Shown one piece after another: positions 25,140 through 38,051 of a stretch of DNA of 64,000 nucleotides. A program made the position numbers and the translations under genes. Below the pieces are notes generated by a model, which saw only the letters and a list, made by a program, of their open reading frames with translations, did not search any database and was not told the origin of the DNA. Location: assembly GCA_038087875.1 (NCBI GenBank), contig CM075988.1:20462001-20526000 (forward strand). The letters are read 5' to 3'. Each line of letters starts with the position of its first letter. Positions within the stretch are counted from its first letter, which is position 1. The DNA is from Malacoraja senta (lineage: Eukaryota).

Positions 25140-26632
25140 ATTTAACATTGAATTTTATCATTGTGTTTATCATTGAATTTGCATGACCTGGCACTGTATT
25201 TAGCTTACCTGGTAGGTAAGTTGCTGATAGCCAAATATGTCTATCGACCCACCATTACCAGATTGTGTTGACCCAATTGTCACATGATATCGATTTTATT
25301 CCGGCCATATGGTTAATATAGGCCACCACCGTGATATTATCAATTTGTAAATGAGCATGCAAGTTGTGCATATTCCTAGAATATGCTTTAAAACCATAAA
25401 ACGCACCCAACATTTCCAAATAATTTATGCCCAGTGTTTGTAGTAAAGACGAGTCTAGGTTAGTCCATCTACCACCTGTGCTGGATATGGTATTAGTTGC
25501 TCCCCAGCCTTGAGCACTGGCATCTGTTTGTATAGTTAACGTTGGGTTATTGATGATGATAGGGCTGGAACTATGCCAAATGTGCTATATCCACCATTGT
25601 AACTCTGATATTGCTTCAATGGGTAGTTTCATGGATCTGTCAAAGTGACCTGCATGTCGTTTCAACGCCTGTACTTTTGCCCTTTGTAGGTGCTGATAGT
25701 GCAGGAGTCCAAATTGTGTAGCTGAAAATGCTGCTACCATTTTGCCAATTACTCTTGCCACTTGTGGGATGGTTGGTCGATTGCTTACCATTAAATTGTT
25801 GCACATCTGTGCCAATTCTGCTGCTTTACCTTTTGGCAACGTTACAGACATGTGGATTGAGTTAATTGAATCCCAGATAGTCCATAGTTGTGGATGGCGT
25901 CAACTTAGATTTATCTGGATGTATGACAAACCCAGGGTTTCAAACAATTATTTGGTAGCTAATAGAGCTGATTTAGCCAACTCCATGGTTTTGCCAACTA
26001 TTAGGATATCATCAAGATACGCCATGACAATATGTCTCTGTTTCGCTAATGTTGCCAAGGCTGGTTTTAATATCTTGGTAAATAGTCTAAGGCTGATGTC
26101 AACCCATTAGGCAATACTTTATACTGCCATAGTTGCCCCATCCAGCTAAATTTTCAGGTATCTGCGATGACCCTTGTGAATGGGTACTGAATAGTAGGCA
26201 TCTTTTAAATCAATGCTTGCCATAAAGTATCCTTTGGAAATCAGTTGTTTAGCAGTTACAAATGTTTCCATTTTGAAATGTACATACTTAACAAAGGTAT
26301 TTAGTGAGGTTAAGTCAATGATGATGCGACATCCACCATCTTTTTTACTTTTGGTAAATATATTTGAGACAAATTCCAAAGGATCATGTTTGGATTTCTC
26401 AATGACACCCTTTGTAAGTAACCTCACCAGTTCTGCTTGAGCCTCTAGTTCTCTTTGACTGAGAGGGTAAAGACCCTTTGGGTACGTGCTGAACTGGTGG
26501 CATGTTTTCTTGAATGAACTCTATTTTGTATCCCCGAATACTGTTAAGTATATAACTATCATTCGTGAGACACCTCCTGTTAGTACAGTTCCCCATTTAC
26601 ATGCTGGTAGGAACCAGACCCACCTACCTCCA
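25140..26632 (-). pseudogene. DIRS reverse transcriptase / RNase H, frameshifted
   Basis: FVSNIF...KKDGGCRIIIDL..LN...HFKMET, SIDLKDAYYSVPI, YLDD at 26008-26019, QTDASAQGWG at ~25500-25530. Confidence 0.92.
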
Positions 26633-26708
26633 TAGTTATGGTAGTGTTCCTTTTCTCATATTGGGTGTAGTTTCACCGACGTGTAGCGGGAGCGCCTGTA
26701 CTCCCGGT

Positions 26709-27567
26709 CGTCGCTGTTGCACATAAAGTGCAAGTGAAATGAATTTGCCAGCAGTGGTACAATGAAAAAGAACACACAAAAACACAATAATCCACCACAA
26801 CATTCATCACTGTGGTGGAAGGCACAAAATTTGGCAGTCCTCCTCCATTTCCCCCCATGGTCGGGACCTCAACCCTCCACAGCCGCCGTTGCGGGCATCC
26901 AGATGAGTGAAAGTCCAGGTAAGACCGCGGCTTCAGGTTGGTGTAGGCCGCAGGCCGGCGGTCGAAGATTTAAAGTTCCCGCCGTGCCGCAGCCAGAAGC
27001 ACCGCAGACTGCAGGGCCAGCAGTTGAAGCTCCCCCCCATGGGTCCCCGGCGAGGGACACCGCTCCTGATGCTAAGTCGCCGCCGCGCCCGCGGTAGAAG
27101 TAGGCTGAGGGCCGGCGGTGGTGGCTTCTTCTTCTCCCGGGTCCCTAACGAGGGATCCCAGGCTGCGGACGCCGCGCCAGCTGGAGCTCTGCAGACCGCG
27201 GCTTCAGGCTGCCGTGGGCCAGCGAAACGGTGCGCTCCCCTCCGGCGAGCCCTGGCGAGGGCTCGCCCGCTCCCCACCGAGAGTCCATGCTGCGCCCACG
27301 GCTGAAGCCCCGGGCACATCTCCGGGAAAGGCCGCACCGATCCTTGCTGTTAGGCCACGGGGGAGGCAACATGGAAAAAGTCGCCTCTCCATGGAGGAGG
27401 CGACCGAAGCGGTTTCCCCCTTACCCCCCCACACCATCCCTCACACAAGACACACAAAGAAACATTAAAAACATACATTAAAACACACAAAAAAACAAAA
27501 AAAAGTAGAAAAAAACAGACACGCTGCTGACAGGGCTGCCGGCTTGCAGCGCCCCCACCGACCACTT
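26709..27567 (-). mobile_element. GC-rich bipartite Rex-Babar-derived non-autonomous element
   Basis: GC-rich 5' part and TCCACCACA..TGTGGTGGA hairpin next to GGAAGGCA; same architecture as 40465-41200. Confidence 0.65.
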
Positions 27568-27619
27568 ATGCTACAGCTTAACAAGCAATAACAACAAATA
27601 AATACATAACAATCAACAT

Positions 27620-27893
27620 TCCTTACAGCACCAGGGACCCGGGAGCGGACCTGACCACGAGTGCTTGTTTGTGCGGAGTTTGTACGTTCTCCCTGTGACC
27701 CGCGTGGGTTTTCTCCGGGTGCTCCGGTTTTCTCCCACACTCCAAAGATGTACAAGTTTGTAGGTTAATTGACTTGGTGTAATCGTAAATTGTCCCTAGT
27801 GTGTGTAGGATGGTGTTAGTGTGTGGGGATCGCTGATCGCCAGGACTTGGTGAGCCGAAGGGCTTGTTTCCACGCCAAATTAAACTAAACTAA
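27620..27893 (+). mobile_element. HE1-like V-SINE, 5'-truncated
   Basis: V core and (CTAAA)n tail. Confidence 0.85.
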
Positions 27894-29039
27894 AATACAA
27901 TAAATTAATAACAACAACACTAGGTAACCATAATGGTGCGAAACCAAAGTCCGTCGTGCAACTAAAGACGAGATCCATGGAAGACTGAAGTTGCTGACGT
28001 TAGTGTTGCGTAGAGAACAGAAGCTTATGATTGTTGGGAAGAAGTTGTTCGTCAACCTGGAGATCATGGTTTTCAGGCTCCTGCACCTTCTTCCTGGTTG
28101 GGGGAGCAAGATGGTGTGGGTCTTTGATGATAATGGCTGCTTTTTTGATTTACTGGGAACTTAGAATCCTATTTGAATTTAGTTAGCAGTCAAGACAGAT
28201 TCCTTTGGTTAGAATTTCCACATTTTTAAATCAAAAACATGGAAATTCACATTTAAACCCAATGTTAGAACCTGCCAATTACTGGAGAGATTTGGGAGCT
28301 TAGCATAAATTCCCCCGTGATCACATGGATGGCAGGGGAATTTTTGTTTATGTCTAAGATGGTAATTTATTCTTATGCACACCCCAAAGACATGTTTTAT
28401 TAATGCCCACACATTGTGTTTGGGCTTCAGAATTTTATATTTATTACAGGAAGCAATTTTCAAAAGCCTAGTTCAACTTGCATCCATTACTGTACCGTTA
28501 GTACACATTACATTTGCGGAGGAATTCCACGTCCCTTTACTGCTGTCTTTTTAATGGCACAACTGCACCAAACTAACTCCAACATGATCATCAGTGCTAC
28601 GGGACAGGGGCTACCTCAGTTATTCACAAATAGATAGGATTTTTTACAACTAAAGATGTAAAACAACATTGAGATGCACAATGAAGATAGAAGGAACTAT
28701 AGATGCCGGCTCAGTGGGCATCACCTCTGGAAGACATAGTTTGGTGACACTTTGGGTCAGTAGAAGGGTCACAACCCAATGTTTGGTCTATCCATGTTCA
28801 TCAATAAACTGTATCCATAGCCAACAACCTATCCATGTATCCATAGCCAACAACCTATCCATGTTCCGCAGAGATGCTGCCTGACCCGCTGAGTTACTCC
28901 AGCACATTGTGTCTTTTATTGAGATTCAGAACTTCTGCAAGGAAGGAAATATCTTCTGCTGACACAATATTGCTCCCAAGCTCAGAGCAAAGTCCAGCCA
29001 GTGTAATACTTTGAATTCTGGTCACAGTTTCAATTCAAT

Positions 29040-29354
29040 CTAGTTAGTTTAGAGTTTAGAGATGCAGCACGGAAACAGGCCCTTCAGCCCACCAAGTCCG
29101 CGCTGACCAGCGATCTTCACACATTAACACTATCCTACACACACTAGGGACAATTCAATTTCTATCAGGCCCATTAACCTGCAAACCTGTACATCTTTGG
29201 AGTGTGGGAGGAAACTGAAGTTCTTGGAGAAAATCCACGCAGGGAAAACGTACAAACTCCGTACAGACAGCACCCGTCTGTACGGATCGAACCCGGGTCT
29301 CTGACGCTGTAAGCGCTGTAAGGCAACAACGTTACCGCTGCGCTACCGTGCCGC
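29040..29354 (-). mobile_element. HE1-like V-SINE
   Basis: Full consensus match, reversed. Confidence 0.9.
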
Positions 29355-29399
29355 ACCTGGTGATTTTGGTTATGGAATAAAGGCTGATCGGGATGTTGG

Positions 29400-29522
29400 A
29401 GAAGCTATTCCTTCAAAACGGTGGCGTGGGATCTCTGTGTCCACCTCGGGAGCAGGCGTGCCTTCAGTCTCATGCCGAGACCAGCGATGTGCATCTCTCT
29501 CTCCGCACAGTGGGGCAGTGTA
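29400..29522 (-). mobile_element. Deu-domain SINE relic
   Basis: CTTCAAAA.GGTGGCGTGGGATCTCTGTGTCCACCT matches the reverse complement of the Deu core. Confidence 0.55.
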
Positions 29523-29952
29523 GAGTACAATTACAGGGTACGCCTTGCACTTAAAACCAGCGTGAAATAAATGACAAACAGTGGAGCAAAAATAAGTATG
29601 ATGGAGTTTGTAGCGATTTATTTCATTGGAGCGATTGAATATTCTCCAAAAAATACATGTGAAACAAAGCAGCAATAAATGTCAGGAGACCAGCAACAAA
29701 ACAGACTCTTGTGTCGATTTAGCTAAAATGTATTTATTGTAGAATTGCTATATTGCCTGCACTCTTAGCACTGCTTTGGACATTAGAACTCTTTGGGACA
29801 CTCAGCAGGAAAGGAAACCAAATCATGACTTTTCTGTTGATCTTGAAACATTCACATCAGTTTTAAATTATGGATATTAAACAATTTCATAAATAACACT
29901 TATGTGTACGTAAGTAACTGGGTTAATTAAATTAGGAAAGTAATATTTTGGA

Positions 29953-30258
29953 ACCTATAGAGTAGAGCCACTGCCTCACAGAACCAGATTTCCAGGTTCG
30001 ATCCTGACCTTGGGTGCTGTCTGTGTGGAGTTTGCACATTCTCCCTGTGACCATGTGGGCTCCCCATGGCTGCTCTGGTTTCCTCGCACATCCCAATGAC
30101 GTATGGGGTTGTGTGTAAATTGTCCCTAGTGTGAATGGAGTGGATGTGAAAGTGGGATAAGAGAGAACTGGTGTGAAGGGGTGATCGATGGTTGGCGTTG
30201 ACACGGTAGGCTGATAGGTCTGTTTTCATTCTGTATCATTGCAATCAATCAATCAATC
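29953..30258 (+). mobile_element. HE1-like V-SINE, older variant with (CAAT)n tail
   Basis: GGTTCGATCC B box and V core. Confidence 0.8.
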
Positions 30259-32081
30259 ATAGAATAGGAAAGAGATGAGCTCACTGAAGGAGACAAGCTG
30301 TCTTTATTTGCAGAGTGTCATACATCTGAATGAATGACTGTGTTGATGTAATCTGTAGGAGTTTTGGAGTCTGCAGTGAGATGGAAGTTTCAAAGACAAG
30401 GGAGTGACTTCAGACAGCGAGACAGCTTTAATTGTGTGAGCGTGGGTCTTACTACTCACTGTACACAATCGGCCTACTTATAACTGGGCCTGAACTGTAA
30501 CTTTTGACTACAAATTGCCTTGTGTCTGACAATGACTGAATATGGTAAGGCTGTCAAATAGAATGACACAGACCAACGCTACAAACTTTAGAACGCAGAG
30601 TAACTGATAGAAGGAATTGATGTCAAGGCTCTGATCCAACATAAAGGTTCACATAATGCCCCATTTAATGGTGACTATTTTCAGCATTTTCTGGTTGATA
30701 CTAAAGACTCGGCACTTAATTTTGCAAAACGTTCCAAGATTTTTCACAGGAGTGCTGTCGAACGAAAAGTAGACACTAGGGCAGATATTTAAATGCTTGT
30801 TATGGAATAATATGCTGAATACTTCTTTCCTTCTGGCTCCAATGAAGGGTTTCAGATTTGAAACATTAATTTATTGGTTTTTGAATTGAATCTCTTCATC
30901 CACATTTGGAAACTTTTGGCTTGGAATGAATTTAACATGAGTTGGCGAGGATTCTGTCTGTAATTGCAATAGGCAGAGATACATGTATTTGGCAGAGGTC
31001 CACCATTTCATTAGCAATATATGTAAAAGCAAAATTAAGAGAAACATATTGATTGGAAGTCATTCACTCGTGCATTATTTCTACTTGTTTGGTACGTCAC
31101 TGCTACAAAATTATTCCTGGAATGTCACTCAGGGTTTATATAAAAGCCATTCCATAACCATGGGAAGCTCATTAAAGTGTTGTGGCGCCTAGCTTATTTC
31201 AGAATGGCATTGACCGTTTAGTTGCGGAGCATAGCTTTTTAAATCACAACTATTTATTCCAATACCCATCAAATATTACACAATTCATAAATCTTCCCAT
31301 GAAACTTTAAAAGCAAGGCTTTTACTGGAGCCAGTAACATAATAATTTTGAAATATAAACTTTGGGAACTACAAAGGAAGAAATATGATATTGTTGCAAA
31401 TATCTTGTGCCTATTTCATATTGATTTTTAAAGCATTGCGATTGTTTCTTTAGAATTAATCACGCTCCAAACTCTCTTAGTTCTCTTTACATCAGTTTGA
31501 GAAATGTTGATTCTCCGAAATGAATTTTTCTTGGCTCAATTGGAAAACCACAAAGAGGTTTATAGGAGAATTTCCCCAATCTGCTTCAGAACTCCGTACA
31601 AGCTAATTCTTGAATCCTTTAAACTCAATAGAAGTTGCTTCCTCTGTTTATTTGGAGATTAGTGTGAACCTAATAGAATATTGTCTTCACAGCCTTGATT
31701 CAAGACTCTCAAGACTTTGAACATTTTTGTTACTTTAATTCAGTACATGTCAAAGTACATGTTTTATTCTAGGTAAGATTTCACTGGCGTTTTCTCACCA
31801 AATACATTCATCTTCCAATAAGTCATTGTGTATGCCCCATCCAATGAAATAATTATATCTTACAGCATTTTTCACAGCTCCATCCATCCATCCATCAGTG
31901 AAAAACTCCCTCACCTGTATCCACGTGCCAGGCCTGTCCTACCGCCACCTCCGTTCTCAGCTTTCTCCGCCCTCCCTTCCCTGATTACAATCAGTCTGAA
32001 CAAGTGTCCCAATCCGAAATGTCTTCCAGCGATCCTGTCTGATTCGCTGAGTTACTCCTGCACACAGTGTTCTTTTAAAGA

Positions 32082-32112
32082 ATTATATTGATGAGACAAG
32101 TTTTACACACAT

Positions 32113-32178
<66 letters not shown>

Positions 32179-32279
32179 CTTGTGTGTGTAATTCCCATTA
32201 TGTATATGTGTGTGTAAAACTTGTCTCATCAATATAATATATATATATATATATGTAGCACATATACATAATGGGAATT
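32082..32279. repeat. (TA)n/(TG)n microsatellites with interlocking inverted repeats
   Basis: 30-bp IR 32082-32111 / 32209-32238; 21-bp IR 32190-32210 / 32259-32279. Confidence 0.9.
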
Positions 32280-33671
32280 TTCCAGAGTTGCACCTGTATA
32301 ATACATAGCTTAAACAAAGGACACTCATATATAATTGCATTCATCATTGTGTTATATTATTGACACAGAAAGAAAACATTGAACCGAATAGTTATAGAGT
32401 TGCACAGCTCTAAAACAAACACTTTGACACCAACTCATCCATGAGGATCAAGATGCCCCATCTAAGCTAGTCCCAACTACAAGTCCTGGCAAGTGGATAT
32501 CCACGCATTTGTGCAAATGTCTTTTAAATGTTGTTGTAGTAGTAATACCTGCCAGAACTACTTCCTCTGTCAGCTCATTCAATACACCCTCTCAGTGAAA
32601 AAGTTGAGCCTCAGGTTCCTATTAATTTGTAATAAGATTTATTCCTGTAAATCTTTCTCCTCTCACCTTAAACCAATGCCCTTTAGTTCTTGTTTCACCT
32701 ATCATGCACAAAAGACCCTATCAAATCCCCTCTTGATTTTATACACCTCTATACGATCATCCCACAGCCTCCAATGCTCCAAGGAATAAAATTCTAGCCT
32801 ACCCAATCTCTTCCTCTAGGTCTGGGCCTGGAGTCCTGGTACTGGGTCCTTGACGGAGTTTAGTGTATCCTTGAACTTCCTCTCCCCCTTCTTCAACTCA
32901 CCCTATCAAAGAGTTATTCTTATCTTACTCACGTGTTTACATTGCTTTCACTAACGTTCATCACTGTTAATTCCCTCAACTCCACGTGACAGTCCATTCA
33001 GGACTCTTTTGGTAAAGATGTTCTTCTGAATGTAGAAACAAAGAACTGCAGATACAGGTTAATACACAGAAGTGATGTAGTAACATCAGCAGGTCAGGCA
33101 CATTTCTGGAGAACATGTACAGGTAACGTTTCGTGTCAAGACCCTTTTTCAGGCTGATTGTGGGAGTGGGGTTGGGGGGGGGAGAGAAAAAAGCTGATAG
33201 AGGCAGGACAAAGTGTGGCAGGTAATAGGTTGTCACAGGTGAGGGAGGTTCAATGATAGGCAGATGGTTGGAACACAGGTCAGAGATTAAAACAGCAGAA
33301 GGTGTGAGACAGGACTTCATGTTGTATTCATTGAACTTATATGGAACATGGAAGATAAAACCATACAGCACAGGAACAGGTCCATCTGCTGACAATGTCT
33401 GTGCCAAACATGATGTCAAGATCAACTAATCTCATCTCCTGCATCTTCATTTTTGAATTCCCTGCAGATTTTGAATCATATTTGTCATTGTTTTACACAG
33501 AAAAGATCTCTACCCTCTGCCGTTATAAACTTTGACGTTATTTCATTCTATTAAATATTTTTTTGTTTAACTTTCTCCACTGCCTTGGCATCATTTGCTA
33601 ACGGAGAGATTGGAGATGGACAAAATAATCCAAGATTTGCCCAGCTTGATTTCTCTTTTCCATTTATTTCA

Positions 33672-34056
33672 ATAGACAATAGACAATAGGTGCAGGAGTA
33701 AGCCATTCAGCCCTTCGAGCCATTCAATGTGATCATGGCTGATCATCCACAATCAGTACCCCGTTCCTGCCTTCTCCCCATATCCCCTGACTCCGCTATC
33801 TTTAAGAGCCCTACCAACTCTCTCTTGAAAGTATCCAGAGAACCGGCCTCCACCGCCCTGAGGCATTGAATTCCACCGACTCACAACTCTCTGTGTGAAA
33901 AAGTGTTTCCTCATCTCCGTTCTAAATGTCTTACCCCTTATTCTTAAACTGTGGCCCCTGGTTCTGGACTCCCCCAACATCGGGAACATGTTTCCTGTCC
34001 AAATCCTTAATAATCTTATATGTTTCAATAAGATCCCCTCTAAATTCCTTCTAAAT
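33672..34056 (-). mobile_element. CR1 3' fragment
   Basis: GESRTRGHSLRIRG..FRTEMRKHFFTQRVV...GYGEKAGTGY; (AGACAAT)n tail. Confidence 0.9.
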
Positions 34057-34729
34057 TCCCCATGCATGTCTTTCTGCTCTGCAATTTGCAACTCCTACAC
34101 TCTTTTGTTGATGTTCTCCACTCTGACTGCTTCTACTCGCCCATTGAGCAGATAACTCTGATGCAACTTCTCTCCATGGTCATCCGGCTTTTACCCGATC
34201 AGAGATATGCCCACTCCATTCCCGAAGTAGTTTAAGGAGCTATTTTTCTCTCCTTTCCAGTTCAGTGAAGGATCTTCCACCCGAGATATTAACTCTGTTT
34301 CTCTTCCCACACATGTGGGCTGGCCTGCTGAGTATTTGCAGCATTTCGTCATTACACGAGTAAAGTGCTGATGAGCATCTGGACTGCTCTCCCACCTGCA
34401 CCTGAGAAAGATCCTCAATGCTCGTTCCTTTTGTGAGTTCTGTAGCTCAAACTTTAACAGATCCTCGTTTATAACGCAAAATACCAAGTGCCGGAGGGTT
34501 GAGCAGCATTCATGGAGGGAAATGGACAAATAACATTTTGGCTTGGGACCCTTTATCAAACATTTGCAGTCTGAAGAAGGGGGAGGAACAGAAAGCTCAA
34601 CTATTCCATGTGACAGTCCATTCAGCTTTCTTTTGGTAAAGACTGTCTTCCAAATGTCTGCTCAGATTTACAGGGCTTTATCTTATATTCATTGCTCTTA
34701 CATAGAACACAGAACAATTTAGACTAAGT

Positions 34730-35008
34730 GTGTGGGAAGGAACTGCAGATGCTGGTTTAAACCGAAGATAGACACAAATTGCTGGAGTAATCAGGCAGCA
34801 TCTCTGAAGAGAACGAATGGGTGACGTTTCGGGTCGAGACCCTTCATCTGAGAAAGCACCATACTGTACATCATGTGTTCATAGCTACTGAATATGGCTA
34901 TCACTATGGCTATGAGAAGGGTCTCGACCTGAAATGTCTCCCATTCCTTCTCTCCAGAGATGCTGCCTGACCTGCTGAGTTACTCCAGCTTTTTGTGTAT
35001 ATCTTCAA
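34730..35008. mobile_element. Two Penelope terminal units in inverted (foldback) arrangement
   Basis: Unit 34730-34850 and its reverse complement at 34913-35008. Confidence 0.8.
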
Positions 35009-35354
35009 TACAGACTAAGGACAGGCCCATTGGCCCACATTGTCTGTGCCGAACATGATGTCAAGGTAAACCACTCTCAACTTCCTATGCCTTAATTTTT
35101 GAATTCCCTGCAGATTTTCCATCATATCTTTCATTGTTTTCCACACAGAAAAGAGCTCTAGTCTCTGCTTTTATAGCTTCTTACCTGCTATATCATTATT
35201 TTAAATATTTTTTGTTTAACCATGGCCACCATGGATGCTGTCTGACCCGCTGAGTTCCTCCAGCATTTTGTTTTCTGCTCAGCTGTCCAACACCTGCAGT
35301 AATTTACATTTCTTCATTTATAAACCTTTCGACATGAGATTCCAGTAAGTACTC

Positions 35355-35566
35355 AGATGGTGCTGTCTCTATGGAGTTTGCACCTTCTCCCTGTGACCTC
35401 ATGGGTTTTTGTCCAGGTGCTCCTGTTTCCTCTCACATCCCAAAGACGTGCAGGTTTGTAGGTTAATTGGCTTCTCTCAATTGGCATAGTACTAGTGTAC
35501 GGGTGATCGCTGGTTGGCGCGGACTCAGTGGGCCGAAGGTCCTGTTTCCACGCTGTATCTCTAAAC
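35355..35566 (+). mobile_element. HE1-like SINE, 5'-truncated
   Basis: V core and tail. Confidence 0.8.
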
Positions 35567-38051
35567 CGTAAACATGATGTGCTAATGTTTGCCCTGAACA
35601 CACATGTTGCTGCAGATCCACCAAGATCTGATCTGACCTGATGCATTTCCCCACTGCAACACCCAGAAACAGTGCATTTCACTCGTGCAGCAAATCTACC
35701 CTCACATCACCAAATAACCTAAAGGTAGACACAAACTGGTGGAGTAACTCTCTGGAGAGAAGGAATAGGTGACGTTTCGAGTCGAGACCCTTCTTCAGAC
35801 CACAGTACCTCCATAGCGATATCAAAAAACTGAATAAAGAACTTCAGATAAAGGACTTATATTGTCGCTTGGAGGAATTGAAAATATAATGATTCAGTCG
35901 CTTCACCCAGTGTGGTGAGTGTGATCTGGACTTAGGATCAAGGTGATAAACCTTGAGCTGTGCCATCAGTGATCGAGCAGAAAAAGATTGTTTTGGTCAT
36001 GATCGATGGCCACCTGGAATCCCAGAGATAATTAGACTCCAGGGCAATTTTCTCTTAAGTGTAAAACATTGAAATTACCATCTGATAAAGTTGGACATGT
36101 CAAGGCTGAAGTGCAATGCTAAGTGAGAAGGATCGTGAGTGTATTAAATTACCCATGCACAATGTAATCCCTTTAAGTAACTCCTGAGGAATCAGATTGA
36201 TTGATTGCGGCTCAATTGCTCGCAGTTTGTTTGCTGATTGATTAGTCCCACTCATTCTCTAGTCCTGGCAGCAGCTGAGTTGGGCTCTGGTGCATTGAAT
36301 GAAATTCCCCTTGGGCCTTACACCAAGTGTGTGGTAGAACAGCACATGTGGATTCTGCTGTTTCCAAATCTTTGTTCGGCTGCATTTAATGGAGAGGAAT
36401 GTTGGAATTGGAGCAGAGTACAGAGGTGTTTGTATCCTGTTTATAGATATTGATGTGGAGCGATTGTAGTTAAATTGTTAGATTACTAACCAGAGACCTG
36501 GACTATTATGCATAGAGCAAAGTGCTGGAGGAACTCGGAGGATTTGCCTCTGAGTTCCTCGAGAAAAAAACAATCAGAATTTATCCAACCTCTGTTTATG
36601 GCTATTACCATCTAATCCACGCAGCCATGTGGTCTAAACAAGGGTCCTAACCCAAAATGCCTCTATGCATTCCCTCCACAGATGTTGCCTGGCCAGTTGA
36701 GTTCCTCCAGTAGTTTATTTATGCTCAGCATTCTGGTAAATCTCTTCAACACTCTATGCAAAGTTGCAGTGAGTTGTGGATGTTGCCCAGTTCATCAATC
36801 AAAACCAGTCTCCCACCCAATCGACTCATTTTTGCACCATGCTGCCTTGGGAAAGCAGCCAACATAATCAAGGACCTTTTCCACTTCAATTGTTCCCTCT
36901 TCTGTGAACAGAAGGTACAAAAGCTTGAAATCACATACCACCAGATTCAGGAACAACAAGTTCCCCGCTGTTTAAACTACTGAACCATAAGTTAGGTATA
37001 GACTCGATCTACCAACCTATCTCAGTGTGGTCCTGCCACTTTCCCTGTAACTGTAAGGTAGGCAAAAATGCTGGAGAAACTCAGCAGGTGAGGCAGCATC
37101 TATGGACCAAAGGAAATAGGCAACGTTTCGGGCCGAAACCCGTCTTCAGACTGTAACTGTAATGTTGCTATGCTGCTGCCCCATATCCTGCGCTTTACTG
37201 TTCCCCTACTTGTACTTGTGTAAGGTTTGATTGTAATCATATGTAGTATGACTTGACTGAATAAAATGCAAACAAGGTTTTCCACTATCTCAGTACGCCT
37301 GATCAGTACAATAGAACAAAACCATGTCTGAAACAACTTTCTTGTAATGGGGCAACTTAAACTCCACACAACTGGCTTTTTAAAATATTCAGTGGAAATT
37401 ATGTGAACATGGACCCTGTTTGGCCCAGTGTGCTTGGGGTGTGTTGGCACACTTCTGCAAGTGCTGGCAGATTTACATTTCCATGCACAGCCTGTGTCTG
37501 CAGATTTGCAAGGCACAGAATAGTCAGGGGATGGTGAGTCCCAGGAACAAGCACGGATTGGGAAGAAAGTGAGAGCAGTGGAAAAATGAAGAAGAAAGAA
37601 ATTAATGGAGAGGAAAAGTGCATCACAAATACCCAGTGAGGAGATTTAGCAAGGAACTGAGAAGGGAAACTCGGAAAGACGCAAAATGCTGGAGTAACTC
37701 AGTGGGTCAGACAGCATCCCTGGAGAACATCTTAGGTGATGTTTCAAGTCGGGTCTCTTCTTCAGACTTCTGATCAGGCTGAAGAAATGTCCTGACCTGA
37801 AACGTCACCTGTCCATGGATGCTGCTTGACTTGCGGAGTTACACCAGCATCTGCATTCCTTGTTTCTACAAGGATAAAGGGAAGATGCATGGAACTAAAG
37901 CTTTGACTAATAACCTTTGACAATTATATTTTATGTTGGCTGAGTGAGATCAAACTGAATCTATTTAATTTCCCTTTATTCTTTCTAGGTGTCTGTGTAG
38001 ACTGTGGAATGTCAGGGTATAGAATAAACCCTGAATATGATCCATTCATAT

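Larger units (their letters stand above)
23405..26708 (-). mobile_element. DIRS1-like tyrosine-recombinase retrotransposon, 5'-truncated and degenerate
   Basis: Domain order RT, RNase H, methyltransferase-like, YR on the minus strand, followed by ICR and terminal repeat. Confidence 0.92.

Noticed and set aside
26762..27481. CpG-island-like region with many overlapping ORFs, possible promoter or first exon
   Set aside because: Lies within a repeat sharing architecture with 40465-41200 and 63235-64000; the ORFs reflect high GC content.
28810..28861. 26-bp tandem duplication
   Set aside because: Simple slippage within a Penelope unit; two copies with no spacer, so not CRISPR-like.
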